A DNA stretch of 64,000 bases from an uncultured Candidatus Bathyarchaeia archaeon. GTDB lineage: Archaea > Thermoproteota > Bathyarchaeia > TCS64. Position 1 is the stretch's first letter. Each line of letters opens with the position of its first letter. Of this stretch, positions 9,670 to 19,272 are shown piece after piece. A program made the position numbers and the translations under genes. A model generated the notes under the pieces. That model was given only the letters and a program-made list of their open reading frames with translations. It searched no databases and was not told the origin of the DNA. The DNA lies in contig CAZPMB010000002.1 in assembly GCA_964587735.1 (NCBI GenBank), positions 1,736 through 65,735 of the forward strand, written 5' to 3'.

Positions 9670-9984
9670 TTAACTCTTTATCCAAGTGTGGTGGCACTTT
9701 GCACAGGTGAAGCGTTCCACGGCCCTATCCTGTTTGACGCCGGCGTGCTCTCCCATGGTCGTTATCACCTTACGGTAGGCCTCGTTGTGCCCGCAATTTG
9801 GACACCTCTGCATCACCCTCAGAGACCCTTCGCCTGTGTTCTCGACGACGTAGACCGGCTCTGCAGTGGGCCTTTCCGACCTCCTAACCTCGATCACATC
9901 CTGGTGAACCTCTCTTCCGCATCTAGGGCATAAGAGGCCCTTTACCGTCCTCCGCATGTACGAGCCGCATACATCGCAGAACAT
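9670..9984 (-). CDS. TFS / RpoM (Rpb9)-like double zinc-ribbon protein
   Basis: N-terminal C-x2-C...C-x2-C ribbon (MFCDVCG...CPRCG) and C-terminal TFIIS-type ribbon (CPNCG...CAKC...W), 104 aa. The inter-cysteine loop lacks the canonical RSADE acidic hairpin. Confidence 0.5.
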   Translation of the reverse strand: MFCDVCGSYMRRTVKGLLCPRCGREVHQDVIEVRRSERPTAEPVYVVENTGEGSLRVMQRCPNCGHNEAYRKVITTMGEHAGVKQDRAVERFTCAKCHHTWIKS

Positions 9985-10116
9985 CGTTCCATCGCACTCG
10001 GCTGTGAAGAACCCTCGTTTATCTTTCGCTACAGAATCTGATAAGCGTTTTTGAATCTAAGCCACATAATATATTCCTTTTATGGATCCGACATCTATTG
10101 GTGTTGATGCACGGTT

Positions 10117-10395
10117 ATGACCGTAACGCGCACTCACCTGTATATCTCGGGTCGGGTCCAGGGTGTCAATTTCCGCTACTTTGTCAGGCAAGAGGCCCTG
10201 AGGCTCGGCCTTGCAGGGTGGGTGAGGAACCTCCCAGACGGCAGGGTCGAGGTCGTCGCCGAGGGGGAGGAGGAACAGGTGGAGAGGCTCATAGGATGGT
10301 GCCGAAGGGGGCCGCCACTCGCCATGGTAAGGGGTCTTGATATTCGAAGGGAGCCGACTACAGGAGACTTGAAGACATTCACGATCAGGCTCTGA
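10117..10395 (+). CDS. acyP: Acylphosphatase
   Basis: VQGVNFRYF and [17 protein letters not shown] motifs. 92 aa. Confidence 0.85.
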   Translation: MTVTRTHLYISGRVQGVNFRYFVRQEALRLGLAGWVRNLPDGRVEVVAEGEEEQVERLIGWCRRGPPLAMVRGLDIRREPTTGDLKTFTIRL

Positions 10396-10457
10396 CTTGC
10401 GGCGATTGGACACACGAACGATGACGGAAGTAAAAACGAGGGGGGATAGAGTCAGGG

Positions 10458-10688
10458 ATGGAATACAGGCGTCTCGAGGGAGACGAGGCGGTCGAGCTGA
10501 TCCTTCTGGTCCTTAGGGATGCGGGTAGGCCTATGACCACTAGGGAGATCCAAGCGGAGACGGAGAAGAGACTGGTCAGGTGCCCAGACTCGACCGTGGT
10601 CTTCCTGAACAGACTCAGGAACAAGGGAGTGATAAAGGGCGAGCGCTCCAAGGAGAAGCGAGGCTGGGTCTGGTGGGTGGAGGACTAA
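10458..10688 (+). CDS. Small winged-helix DNA-binding protein
   Basis: 76 aa with an HTH-like RPMTTREIQAETEKRL core. No family assignable. Confidence 0.35.
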   Translation: MEYRRLEGDEAVELILLVLRDAGRPMTTREIQAETEKRLVRCPDSTVVFLNRLRNKGVIKGERSKEKRGWVWWVED

Positions 10689-10981
10689 AACCAGGAAACG
10701 ATCTTATCGGCGGTCTCTATAAGACTGACCCATCTCTTGTAATCTATGGGCTCTACGCCTTCGGCCACCTTATCCCAAGAGCCCTCCGACCTGAAGTGAG
10801 GCTCTAGGTAGAATACTCCTTTGGCGTATCCGAGAGACCTGACAAGCCCGTGGTCTGTTGCGTGGCGGCAACCGTCGTATTCGAACACGAAAAGCAATCG
10901 GTCCTTCTTCGCAATCTCCTTGGCCACTTTGAAGGCGGTAGATCCTTCCTGCATCCGACCTATTAAGAAGAGGACGTTCAT
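10685..10981 (-). CDS. DsrH/TusB-like protein
   Basis: 98 aa. Third gene of a DsrE-DsrF-DsrH ordered triad. DsrE/F/H fold-sized, no active Cys motif. Confidence 0.4.
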   Translation of the reverse strand: MNVLFLIGRMQEGSTAFKVAKEIAKKDRLLFVFEYDGCRHATDHGLVRSLGYAKGVFYLEPHFRSEGSWDKVAEGVEPIDYKRWVSLIETADKIVSWF

Positions 10982-10992
10982 CTCATCATGCC

Positions 10993-11337
10993 TCAGAATG
11001 TGACTGTCGAACTACATTCTGCCATCATCTCGGCCAGCCCTCGAATGTCGATCGTTGTGATATTGAGGTCTGGGTCGAGATCCTCAATCCTCAGGCAATT
11101 TTCTTCAAGCGACTCCACGAGAACTTGTATCCCAGCTAGATCAGCCGAGGTGCGGAGGTAGTCCCTATTTGTGGAGTCCTGGAGGGCCCCAGGGAGCAGG
11201 CATTTGACTCCCTCGTCCAGGTGGACGATGCGTGGCGCTCTGTCCATCCCCAGCATTGCAGCGCAGAGCCGGAGGCCGTCGGCGACCCTCCGCACGTCCT
11301 CTGGTCCGCTCCTAATAATGACCATCACATCGACCAT
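10993..11337 (-). CDS. DsrF/TusC-like protein
   Basis: 114 aa, DsrE/DsrF family size and hydrophobic core pattern (MVDVMVIIRSGP...). Middle gene of the triad. Confidence 0.45.
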   Translation of the reverse strand: MVDVMVIIRSGPEDVRRVADGLRLCAAMLGMDRAPRIVHLDEGVKCLLPGALQDSTNRDYLRTSADLAGIQVLVESLEENCLRIEDLDPDLNITTIDIRGLAEMMAECSSTVTF

Positions 11338-11346
11338 CCACGTTCA

Positions 11347-11688
11347 CTACCCCAGAAAGATCGTCTTTTCGCTCCCCTCGATGAGCTCAACCAGTTCGGC
11401 GAGGCTGCTCAGCCCCGCACCTCTCACCAGATCCCTCAGGTACTCCAGCCCTCTCATAGCGGCGCTTGTCCTGCATACGAGAAGCCGCACCCCCCCTGGC
11501 GTGAGGCGCTCGATATCCTTGTTGGCCCTTCCCGACCTTACGAGCTGAACAGAATCCCCGTCAAGGAAAACAGTGACGTCGTGCCCCCTTTCCCTGGCGG
11601 CGCTGGAGAGGCCTATGATCGTCTCCTTTACCACCTTCAAATCCGAATGTGCGACGAGCAGCAGGTGCATTGGTGCTTTCTCCTTCAC
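11347..11688 (-). CDS. DsrE/TusD-like sulfurtransferase
   Basis: 113 aa, LLLVAHSD N-terminus and conserved Cys in VCRTSAAMRG, consistent with the DsrE/TusD active-site cysteine. First gene of the triad. Confidence 0.5.
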   Translation of the reverse strand: MKEKAPMHLLLVAHSDLKVVKETIIGLSSAARERGHDVTVFLDGDSVQLVRSGRANKDIERLTPGGVRLLVCRTSAAMRGLEYLRDLVRGAGLSSLAELVELIEGSEKTIFLG

Positions 11689-11815
11689 GGATTAATATTT
11701 CGTTGTTGTCTTAACCTTTTCAGCACGGTTTTCGGATGGTGTTCCATACTTTCGAACGGGTGTTCGAAAACCTAGGATTAAGTATCATTGAAAGTACCTA
11801 TATGGCGGTGATGAA

Positions 11816-13768
11816 TTGAGGCTACCTGCCTTCGCAATCTACCTGAACACTAGGAAGCTGGCCACATATACGATCCTCGCGTTCGTCCTGGGAGGCATGC
11901 TCGGGGGCGCGATGTGGAACTTCGGCGGCGTATACGTGCCAAAGCGCCCTACCGCGACCTCGTTTGAGTTTGGATCTCTAAACCGATTCACATCCTACGA
12001 TGAATTGAGGATTTTCCTGAGGACGCAGACCTCAAATGTTTGGGGTCGTGTTTATTTCGACTCAGTCACCTCGCCATTTTCTGCACTGACTGCAGCACAA
12101 TCGGCCAAAGCAGCTGCAGACGCCGCCAAAGGGGAAATATCAGGCATGAACGACTTTTCAGGAACGAACATTCAGGTCGAGGGCGTGGATGAGGCTGACG
12201 TGGTGAAGACGGACGGTGAGTACATATACCTCGCCGTGAACGACACGGTCGTGATTGTGAAGGCCTATCCTCCGGAGGACGCCGAGGTCGTCGCCAGGAT
12301 CAGGCTCTACCACTCGGTGCAGGACCTGTTTGTGTCGGCGGACAAACTTGTGGCGTTCATCCCATTGTACCAGGAGGTTTACAGCGAGCTGCTGGGCCCG
12401 GAGCCGTCCCCCGAGTTCGAGTTGAGAACGGACATACTCGTGTACGACATCTCCGACAGGGGGTCCCCGCAGAAGGAACGAGAGGTAACTGTTGATGGAT
12501 TCTACTTCGACTCCAGGATGATCGGCGATTATGTCTACGCCATAGTGATAGAGGCCGCCAGAATATACAAGGACGAGGTGCTGCTCCCGTGCCTCTCCTC
12601 CGAGAGCATCCGGAGAATGCCTCTCGGCCTCGTGACTGAGAGGCTGTGGCGGAAGGTCGAGCCCACCGATGTCTACTACATAAACCAAACGGACACCGGG
12701 TTCTGCTACACCAACCTCCTCGCGATCAACGCACAGGACCCCGAAGAGTCAGTTACGCTGGAGACATTCCTCCTCGGAGAAGCAGCCAACCTGTATGTCT
12801 CCATGGGCAACATCTACATCACGGCGAGGAGGTCGCATGGAGTAACAACGATCTATAAGATCGCCATCGACGGGGGTAGTGTCACCTACGCAGCCGATGG
12901 CTCAGTTCCAGGGTGGGTGCTGAACCAGTTCTCCATGGACGAGCACGAGGGCTACTTCAGGATAGCCACGACCAACGGGCATGTGCGGAGATTCGGAGGC
13001 CAACCGAGCAACAATATCTACGTCCTCAACGAGACCCTAGGAATCGTTGGCAGTCTTGAGGGCCTCGCGCCAGGAGAGGAGATCTACTCGGCCAGGTTCA
13101 TGGGCGATAGGGGCTACCTCGTCACGTTCAAGAAGGTCGACCCCCTGTTCGCCATCGACCTCTCCGATCCTGAAGAGCCGAGGGTGCTGGGCAAGCTGAA
13201 GATCCCGGGCTACTCCGACTATCTGCACCCATACGACGAGAACCACCTGATAGGGCTAGGCAAGGAGACGGTCGAGGCTGAGGGGGGCAACTTCGCCTGG
13301 TACCAGGGCATCAAGATCTCCCTCTTCGATGTCACGAACGTCTCGGCGCCTGTCGAGCAGGCTAAGATCGTTATAGGCGACAGGGGGTCCGACTCCCCGG
13401 CGCTCAGCGACCACAAGGCCTTCCTCTTCAGCCGGGCCAGGAACCTCCTCGTCGTGCCCATCCTTGTCGCCGAGATAGACGAGAGCCGCTATTCTGGCCC
13501 CATCCCGCCGGACATGTACGGCGAATACGTCTTCCAGGGTGCCTACGTCTTCGATATATCCCTGGAGTCCGGGATCACGATCAGGGGGAGGATCACACAC
13601 CTCGAGGGCTCGGAGGACCTGCTGAAGAGCGGCTACTGGTTCGATTCGGAATACACCGTCGAGAGGAGCCTATACATCGAGGAGGTGCTCTACACCCTCT
13701 CCGGCAGGATGATCAAGATGAACAGCCTTGCAGATCTTTCGGAGCTGGGCAAGGTCGAAATATCCTAA
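11816..13768 (+). CDS. Secreted or membrane-anchored beta-propeller domain protein (COG4880-like)
   Basis: N-terminal signal-anchor (TYTILAFVLGGMLGGAMW) followed by a 600-aa region with repeated blade-like segments. Resembles archaeal PF09826-type beta-propeller proteins. Confidence 0.5.
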   Translation: MRLPAFAIYLNTRKLATYTILAFVLGGMLGGAMWNFGGVYVPKRPTATSFEFGSLNRFTSYDELRIFLRTQTSNVWGRVYFDSVTSPFSALTAAQSAKAAADAAKGEISGMNDFSGTNIQVEGVDEADVVKTDGEYIYLAVNDTVVIVKAYPPEDAEVVARIRLYHSVQDLFVSADKLVAFIPLYQEVYSELLGPEPSPEFELRTDILVYDISDRGSPQKEREVTVDGFYFDSRMIGDYVYAIVIEAARIYKDEVLLPCLSSESIRRMPLGLVTERLWRKVEPTDVYYINQTDTGFCYTNLLAINAQDPEESVTLETFLLGEAANLYVSMGNIYITARRSHGVTTIYKIAIDGGSVTYAADGSVPGWVLNQFSMDEHEGYFRIATTNGHVRRFGGQPSNNIYVLNETLGIVGSLEGLAPGEEIYSARFMGDRGYLVTFKKVDPLFAIDLSDPEEPRVLGKLKIPGYSDYLHPYDENHLIGLGKETVEAEGGNFAWYQGIKISLFDVTNVSAPVEQAKIVIGDRGSDSPALSDHKAFLFSRARNLLVVPILVAEIDESRYSGPIPPDMYGEYVFQGAYVFDISLESGITIRGRITHLEGSEDLLKSGYWFDSEYTVERSLYIEEVLYTLSGRMIKMNSLADLSELGKVEIS

Positions 13769-13890
13769 AGGCTAGTCATATACTGGAGGGAAGAGGTTAA
13801 AGGGGGCTTGGGGCGACGGGCTCGAAGAGGATCTACGGGAAGACCTGGGACGTCTACCTCTGCATCCTCACATCGAACGGGCCCGTCGGC

Positions 13891-14253
13891 GTGAGGGAGA
13901 TCTGGAGGGCCCTGGACCTCTCCAGCCCGAGCCTCGCACAGTACCACGTGAACAAGCTCCTAGACCTGAAGCTTATAGAGCCCGTTGAGGGGAAGTACAA
14001 GGTCAACGAAGAGGAGAAGCTCGAGGCTCTCAGGAGTTTCCTCATGCTCAGGGGGATGCTTATCCCCAGGATGGTGATCTACGGTGCCCTCCTCTCCGGA
14101 ATCTTCCTATCATATACTATCCTGTGGCCCTGGAGGGGCGATTTCAGGGACCTCGTAACACTCGCAGTCTGCTTCTTCAGCACCCTAGCATTCTTCTACG
14201 AGGCATATAGACAGTACCATGGGCTCTCGATATTCAAAATCGATGAGAACTAA
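13891..14253 (+). CDS. Membrane-associated winged-helix regulator (HTH plus 2 TM helices). True start probably upstream (open frame from 13801)
   Basis: Frame is open from 13801 and encodes KRIYGKTWDVYLCILTSNGPVGVREIW... (HTH), but the first canonical start codon is GTG at 13891. Two C-terminal hydrophobic helices. Confidence 0.45.
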   Translation: MREIWRALDLSSPSLAQYHVNKLLDLKLIEPVEGKYKVNEEEKLEALRSFLMLRGMLIPRMVIYGALLSGIFLSYTILWPWRGDFRDLVTLAVCFFSTLAFFYEAYRQYHGLSIFKIDEN

Positions 14254-14360
14254 AAGGTGCTAATCTCCGGAATAACTGTCATCATTATTTACATCTATTT
14301 TGAGCAAACCTCGATAATTATTTCGCATCTTATTTACACTGAATTTTGCCTGGGGTATCC

Positions 14361-14368
14361 TTTAAAAA
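14361..14368 (+). promoter_or_regulatory. Candidate TATA box (TTTAAAAA) for the hypCD operon. Spacing predicts a leaderless or near-leaderless hypC mRNA
   Basis: TTTAAAAA centred about 26 nt upstream of the hypC ATG at 14391. Confidence 0.35.
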
Positions 14369-14390
14369 TTGCCATGTGAATTCAAAGGGG

Positions 14391-14618
14391 ATGTGCCTCG
14401 CGATACCAGGAAAGGTCCTGAAGATAGACGGCAGGACTGCGAGGGTCGACTTCGGATACGGTGCTACTCGTGAGGTGGACATCACTCTCGTCGATGTGAG
14501 AGTCGGCCAGTACGTGCTGGTCCACACGGGCTACGCAATCCAAGTGCTGGACGAGGAGGACGCCCTGGAGACCCTCCGGCTCTGGAAGGAGATGCTGGAG
14601 TACACGGAGCCGGCGTAG
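14391..14618 (+). CDS. hypC: [NiFe]-hydrogenase maturation factor HypC
   Basis: Begins MCLAIPGKV (invariant Cys2). 75 aa. The track ORF starts at an upstream in-frame TTG, but the HypC family starts at MC. Confidence 0.85.
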   Translation: MCLAIPGKVLKIDGRTARVDFGYGATREVDITLVDVRVGQYVLVHTGYAIQVLDEEDALETLRLWKEMLEYTEPA

Positions 14619-14641
14619 AACTTATTTTGGGGTGAGGACGC

Positions 14642-15718
14642 ATGAAAGAGTTCTCGGGTTTCAAGGACCGGAACGTAGCCGAGCTGCTGCGAGTGAGGAT
14701 CGGTGAGCTCGCCTCCCCTGAGAAGGTGAAGATCTGCCACGTCTGCGGAACCCACGAGTGGACGATTACCCACTCGGGGCTGAGGGACCTCCTTCCGGAT
14801 AATGTCTCCCTAATAGCAGGGCCAGGGTGCCCGGTGTGCATCGTCCCAGCCCGCGAGATCGACGAGGCCGTCTGGCTGGCTCAAAACGGGTTAACAGTTG
14901 CGACCTTCGGCGACATGTTCCGCGCACCCGGGTCCGATCTTTCCCTCAGCAACGCCTGCGGGCGGGGTGCAAAGGTGAGGGTGGTCTACAGCGTAAGAGA
15001 TGCCGTAGCGATGGCAAGGAGAGAGCCGGGAAGGGAGTTTGTCTTCTTCGCGATAGGCTTCGAGACCACCACCCCGATGAACGCCGTCGAGATCCCAGGT
15101 TGCCCAGAGAACTTGAGCTTCCTGACGAGCCACAGGCTGATACCGCCGGCGATGGAGTTCCTCGCCGAGATGCCCGGCCTGAACATAGACGGCTTTATCG
15201 CCCCGGGGCACGTCTCCACGATCATCGGCGAGAGGCCCTACAGGATGTTCCCGGAAAAATACGGGATGCCCACGGTCATCGCCGGATTCGAGCCGCTGGA
15301 CGTGCTCATGGCCGTCTACATGCTCCTCAAACAGATACGGGAAGGCAGACCAAGGCTTGAGAACGAGTACTCCAGGGTCGTGACGTACGGGGGGAACATC
15401 AAGGCGCAGAAGGCGATGTCAGACGTGTTCGACATTTCCGACGGCGCATGGAGGGGAATTGGTGCGATCCCCTCCTCGAGCCTGAAGCTGAAAGAGGAGT
15501 TCTCTCGAAAGGACGCGAGGAAGAGATACGAGATAGATGTTGGCCCGGGCAGGGACATAATTCCGGGCTGCAGCTGCCACCTCGTCATCGTCGGGAAGAT
15601 CGAGCCGGACAAGTGCCCCCTGTTCATGAAAGCTTGCACTCCCGAGAGGCCGAAGGGGGCCTGCATGGTCAGCAGCGAGGGGACCTGCAGGATCTGGGCG
15701 TACGAAGAAGGGTCATAG
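14642..15718 (+). CDS. hypD: [NiFe]-hydrogenase maturation factor HypD
   Basis: CHVCGTHEW, GPGCPVC, FAIGFETTTP and C-terminal CxH/Cys cluster motifs. Confidence 0.9.
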   Translation: MKEFSGFKDRNVAELLRVRIGELASPEKVKICHVCGTHEWTITHSGLRDLLPDNVSLIAGPGCPVCIVPAREIDEAVWLAQNGLTVATFGDMFRAPGSDLSLSNACGRGAKVRVVYSVRDAVAMARREPGREFVFFAIGFETTTPMNAVEIPGCPENLSFLTSHRLIPPAMEFLAEMPGLNIDGFIAPGHVSTIIGERPYRMFPEKYGMPTVIAGFEPLDVLMAVYMLLKQIREGRPRLENEYSRVVTYGGNIKAQKAMSDVFDISDGAWRGIGAIPSSSLKLKEEFSRKDARKRYEIDVGPGRDIIPGCSCHLVIVGKIEPDKCPLFMKACTPERPKGACMVSSEGTCRIWAYEEGS

Positions 15719-18049
15719 ATCCTTCAGGGACGCCACAACGGCCTGACCGAGGGAGGTCCCGCCATCCCCCGGAGGGACCTGCCTGTGACGGATGAACCTT
15801 AGGCCCATACCCTCCACCCTCTTCCTGATCACACTGTTCAGCATCTCGTTGTAGGCAACGCCACCAGAGAAGCCGACCGTCCCCAGACCGTACTTCTCTG
15901 CGGCTGAAATCGCCATTTTAGACAAGCCCTCGGCGACTGCCAAATGCAGGGCGCTAGCTAGTACTCCTTCATCATGCCTTTCCCTGAGCTCAAACAGCCT
16001 CCTGAACATCTGGGATGTCTTCAGAACCAACACGCCCTTCTCATCAATCACCTCGACGGGGAGATCGACTCCATTTGATGATGCAGCCGCTACTGCCTCG
16101 AGCTTCATTGCGCCCTCCCCCTCGTAAGTCCTCCCATAAGAGACGCCAAGGAGGCAGGCTGCGGCATCTAGGATCCTGCCCACGCTAGTGGTCATTGGGG
16201 TGTTGAGCCCCTTGTCGAGCTGGGCGAAGACGGCGTCGATCTCCCTCTCGCCATGCTTGTAGCCCTCTAGGCAGCTCTGCGAGAGGAACTCCCTCAGCTC
16301 ATCCCTTGGCAGCTCGCTATACAGGATACCCTGAAGCATCCTACCGTACCTGATGGCACTGAGGTCCCCGCCCGGCATGGGCTGAGGTTCTAGATGCCCA
16401 GCTCGCCTAAAGCCCCTGTAACCACCGACCAGAATCTCGCCGCCCCATGCGGAGCCGTCGCTCCCATAACCGTACCCGTCGCACATCGCGCCAACGATCT
16501 CCTTCCCCGGCTCGAGGCCGTTCTCCGCCATGACCGCGGCGAGGTGGGCGTGGTGGTGCTGGACCTCGACAAGGGGGACACCGTGCTCCTCCGCGATCTC
16601 GGCGGCCACCGTCCTTGAAAGGAAGTTTGGGTGGAGATCGCAGGCCACGGCGTCCGGCTTCTCAAGCCTCAGGAGCTTCGTCATGTGGTCGATGGCCTCC
16701 CTCAGGAAGGCAAGGGCCCCAGGGCTCTCGACGTCGCCCAGGTGCTGGGTCGGGTAGCACTTGTCCTCCTTGAGGACGCATGCAGTGGATGCGAGCTCGG
16801 GGCCCACAGCCACGACATTCCTTATCGAGGTAAATGGGAGGTGCACGGGAAGGGGGACGTAGCCCCTGGACCTTCTGAGGAATAATGGGTTCCCGTCGAC
16901 CACCCTGATGACGGAGTCGTCGCACCTCGCGCATATCTCGCGGTCGTGGAGGAGGAGGTAGTCGGCAATGTCTCCCAGCCTCTCGAACGCCTCGCGGTTC
17001 GAGACCGCCATGGGCTCTCCAGGGAAATTCGCGGAGGTCATGACCAGCGCCGGCTCCTCGCTGTAGCGGAATAAAACGTGGTGCATCCCCGAGTAGGGCA
17101 GCATAGCCCCGACCGTGTTGAGATCGGGGGAGATGTAAGGAGAGAGCGGGAAGGGCTCCAGCTTTCTGAGAGCCACTATCGGCCTCGCTAGGGAGGTGAG
17201 GAGCCCTCTCTCACGCCCGGAGATCAGGGCGTATTCCTCGATCTCCTTCAGGCTCGGGCTCATGATGGCGAAGGGCTTACCGGGCTTCCTCCTCCTTTCC
17301 CTGAGCAAAATAAGGGCATCGTCCTCCGTTGTCTTCGTCGCTAGGTGTATGCCGCCTATGCCCTTGATGGCCAGCACGCTGCCCTCGTACAGCAGGCCCG
17401 CGGCCACTCTTAGGGGAGCATCGTCATCGACTACCGACCCGTCAGGGGCGTAAAGAGTCATCCTCGGCCCGCACTGGGGACAGCAGATCGTCTGGGCATT
17501 GAACCGCCTGTCCGGGGGGCCGTGGAATTCTTCGCTGCAGTCCCCGCAGAGGGGGAACTCGGCCATCGTCGTCCTCTCCCTGTCGTAGGGGATGTCTGTT
17601 ATCGTCGTGAACCTTGGGCCACAGATGGCGCAGCACGTGAAGGGGTAGAGGTAGTGCCTGTCACCGGGGTCGAGGAGCTCCCTGAGGCAGTCGTCGCAGA
17701 TGGCCGCGTCCGACGGGATGAGGGAGTGCTTCACCTCAATCCTCCCCATGTCGCTGTCGTCGATGGAGAAGACGGGGTACTCGCCGCTGTAATCCAGCCA
17801 TTCGACGTCGATCCTGGTATAGACGGCGACCGGGATCCTCTCATCCTCCAAGCCCCTCAGGAAATCCCTGATGGCGTCTTCCTCGCCGTTAACATCGATC
17901 CTAACCCCAGCGTCCCCCATGTTCTTAACGTAGCCCCTCAGTCCCCTTTTCACAGCCAGCCTGTAGACAAAGGGTCTGAAGCCTATGCCCTGTACGAGGC
18001 CCTGGACGGTGACGATGGCTCTCCTCTTCAAGATCTCAGCCCGTTCCAC
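15713..18049 (-). CDS. hypF: Carbamoyltransferase HypF
   Basis: 778 aa with N-terminal acylphosphatase domain (VQGIGFRPF), two CxxC zinc-finger pairs, YrdC-like and Kae1-like domains. Confidence 0.9.
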   Translation of the reverse strand: MERAEILKRRAIVTVQGLVQGIGFRPFVYRLAVKRGLRGYVKNMGDAGVRIDVNGEEDAIRDFLRGLEDERIPVAVYTRIDVEWLDYSGEYPVFSIDDSDMGRIEVKHSLIPSDAAICDDCLRELLDPGDRHYLYPFTCCAICGPRFTTITDIPYDRERTTMAEFPLCGDCSEEFHGPPDRRFNAQTICCPQCGPRMTLYAPDGSVVDDDAPLRVAAGLLYEGSVLAIKGIGGIHLATKTTEDDALILLRERRRKPGKPFAIMSPSLKEIEEYALISGRERGLLTSLARPIVALRKLEPFPLSPYISPDLNTVGAMLPYSGMHHVLFRYSEEPALVMTSANFPGEPMAVSNREAFERLGDIADYLLLHDREICARCDDSVIRVVDGNPLFLRRSRGYVPLPVHLPFTSIRNVVAVGPELASTACVLKEDKCYPTQHLGDVESPGALAFLREAIDHMTKLLRLEKPDAVACDLHPNFLSRTVAAEIAEEHGVPLVEVQHHHAHLAAVMAENGLEPGKEIVGAMCDGYGYGSDGSAWGGEILVGGYRGFRRAGHLEPQPMPGGDLSAIRYGRMLQGILYSELPRDELREFLSQSCLEGYKHGEREIDAVFAQLDKGLNTPMTTSVGRILDAAACLLGVSYGRTYEGEGAMKLEAVAAASSNGVDLPVEVIDEKGVLVLKTSQMFRRLFELRERHDEGVLASALHLAVAEGLSKMAISAAEKYGLGTVGFSGGVAYNEMLNSVIRKRVEGMGLRFIRHRQVPPGDGGTSLGQAVVASLKDL

Positions 18050-18106
18050 ATTCGGTCGTTAGACGTTCTTTTTTACCCGTTGAAGGGTGTCTTTAAAACG
18101 ATTCCC

Positions 18107-19120
18107 TCAGCAGATTCGGGGCATGGGGGATCCGACGGGTTCCCTTACTATCCTCCTCCCGCCTATGAAGGTCTCAAGTATGACCCTGCCCCTGCCCTCA
18201 TGGACCTCGCCAACTATTTTGGCGTATTTCCCATAGCGGTTTCTCCGCACGACCCTCAGGACATCCTCGGCCTTCTCGTCTTCAACGCCTATGATCGCTA
18301 TTCCCTCATTGGCGAGCTCCAGTGGGTCGAGGCCCAGGAGGTCGCAGGCACTCCTCACGACGCCCTTCACGGGAATCTCCCGCTCAAGGAGGTGGACTTC
18401 GACGCCTGACTTCCTCGCCATGTCGTTGAGGGCCCCGGAGACTCCACCTCGAGTGGGGTCCTTCATGGCTGTGATTCCGCCGACCCTCATCCCCTCGCAG
18501 AGCATCCCCGACAGGGGCGCCGCGTCGGACTCGATGGGCGCGTCGAGCTCCAGGCCCTCACGGGATACGAGGAGGGAGAGCTGGTGGTTCCCGATGGTCC
18601 CGGTTAGGATAATCTTGTTCCCTGGTTTAAGGCCGGAATCGGTCACTACCATGTCAGCGAGGCCAACGCCTGAGGCATTGATCATGAGCTCGGTGACACC
18701 GCCGTGCTCGACGACCTTTGTGTCGCCTGCGATGAGGGGGACTCCGATCTCCTCAAGGGATCCCCCCATGGACTTTACCACCCTCCTCAGCAGATCTATG
18801 TGGAGCCCCTCCTCGACGATGATCGAAGACATCATGGCGACGGGGGTTGCCCCCATGACGGCCAGGTCGTTCGCGGTCCCGCAGACCGCGAGCCTCCCTA
18901 TGTCGCCTCCCGGGAAGAAGAGTGGCCTCACCGTGTACGCGTCCGTGGTGACGACGATGTGGCGCCCGCACAGCGGGATCGTGGCGCCGTCATCCATCTC
19001 GGGTAGGCCGATCCCGCCCTCGACCCTGTTCAGCCGGTAGGCGGGGAGGATAACCTCCTCGATGAGCTGCCTCATGAGCCTCCCACCGCCGCCGTGCTCC
19101 ATCCTCACGACCTCGGTCAT
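18107..19120 (-). CDS. hypE: Hydrogenase maturation factor HypE
   Basis: PurM-like fold and C-terminal PRIC motif (carbamoyl/cyano-accepting Cys). Confidence 0.9.
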   Translation of the reverse strand: MTEVVRMEHGGGGRLMRQLIEEVILPAYRLNRVEGGIGLPEMDDGATIPLCGRHIVVTTDAYTVRPLFFPGGDIGRLAVCGTANDLAVMGATPVAMMSSIIVEEGLHIDLLRRVVKSMGGSLEEIGVPLIAGDTKVVEHGGVTELMINASGVGLADMVVTDSGLKPGNKIILTGTIGNHQLSLLVSREGLELDAPIESDAAPLSGMLCEGMRVGGITAMKDPTRGGVSGALNDMARKSGVEVHLLEREIPVKGVVRSACDLLGLDPLELANEGIAIIGVEDEKAEDVLRVVRRNRYGKYAKIVGEVHEGRGRVILETFIGGRRIVREPVGSPMPRIC

Positions 19121-19272
19121 TCCTCAGACTCCACCTTCAAGCGCGATTGAAAAATTTCCTCTGATCCTTCCCCTGCAATCTAATAAACCTTTCAACCGGA
19201 CGATCGAACACGTCGATTCAGGAACCGCTGGACAGGAACATAAATTAAGCCTCGTCTGCCTAATGCTCCGAT

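Noticed and set aside
14346-14390. Upstream TTG extension of hypC proposed by the ORF track
   Set aside because: The HypC family invariably starts at Met-Cys. The ATG at 14391 gives MCLAIP, and the TATA box at 14361 would lie inside the extended ORF.
16390-17636. Arg/Pro-rich ORFs of 64-91 aa on both strands inside hypF
   Set aside because: They are fully embedded in the 778-aa HypF frame, have low-complexity GC-driven composition and no independent signals.
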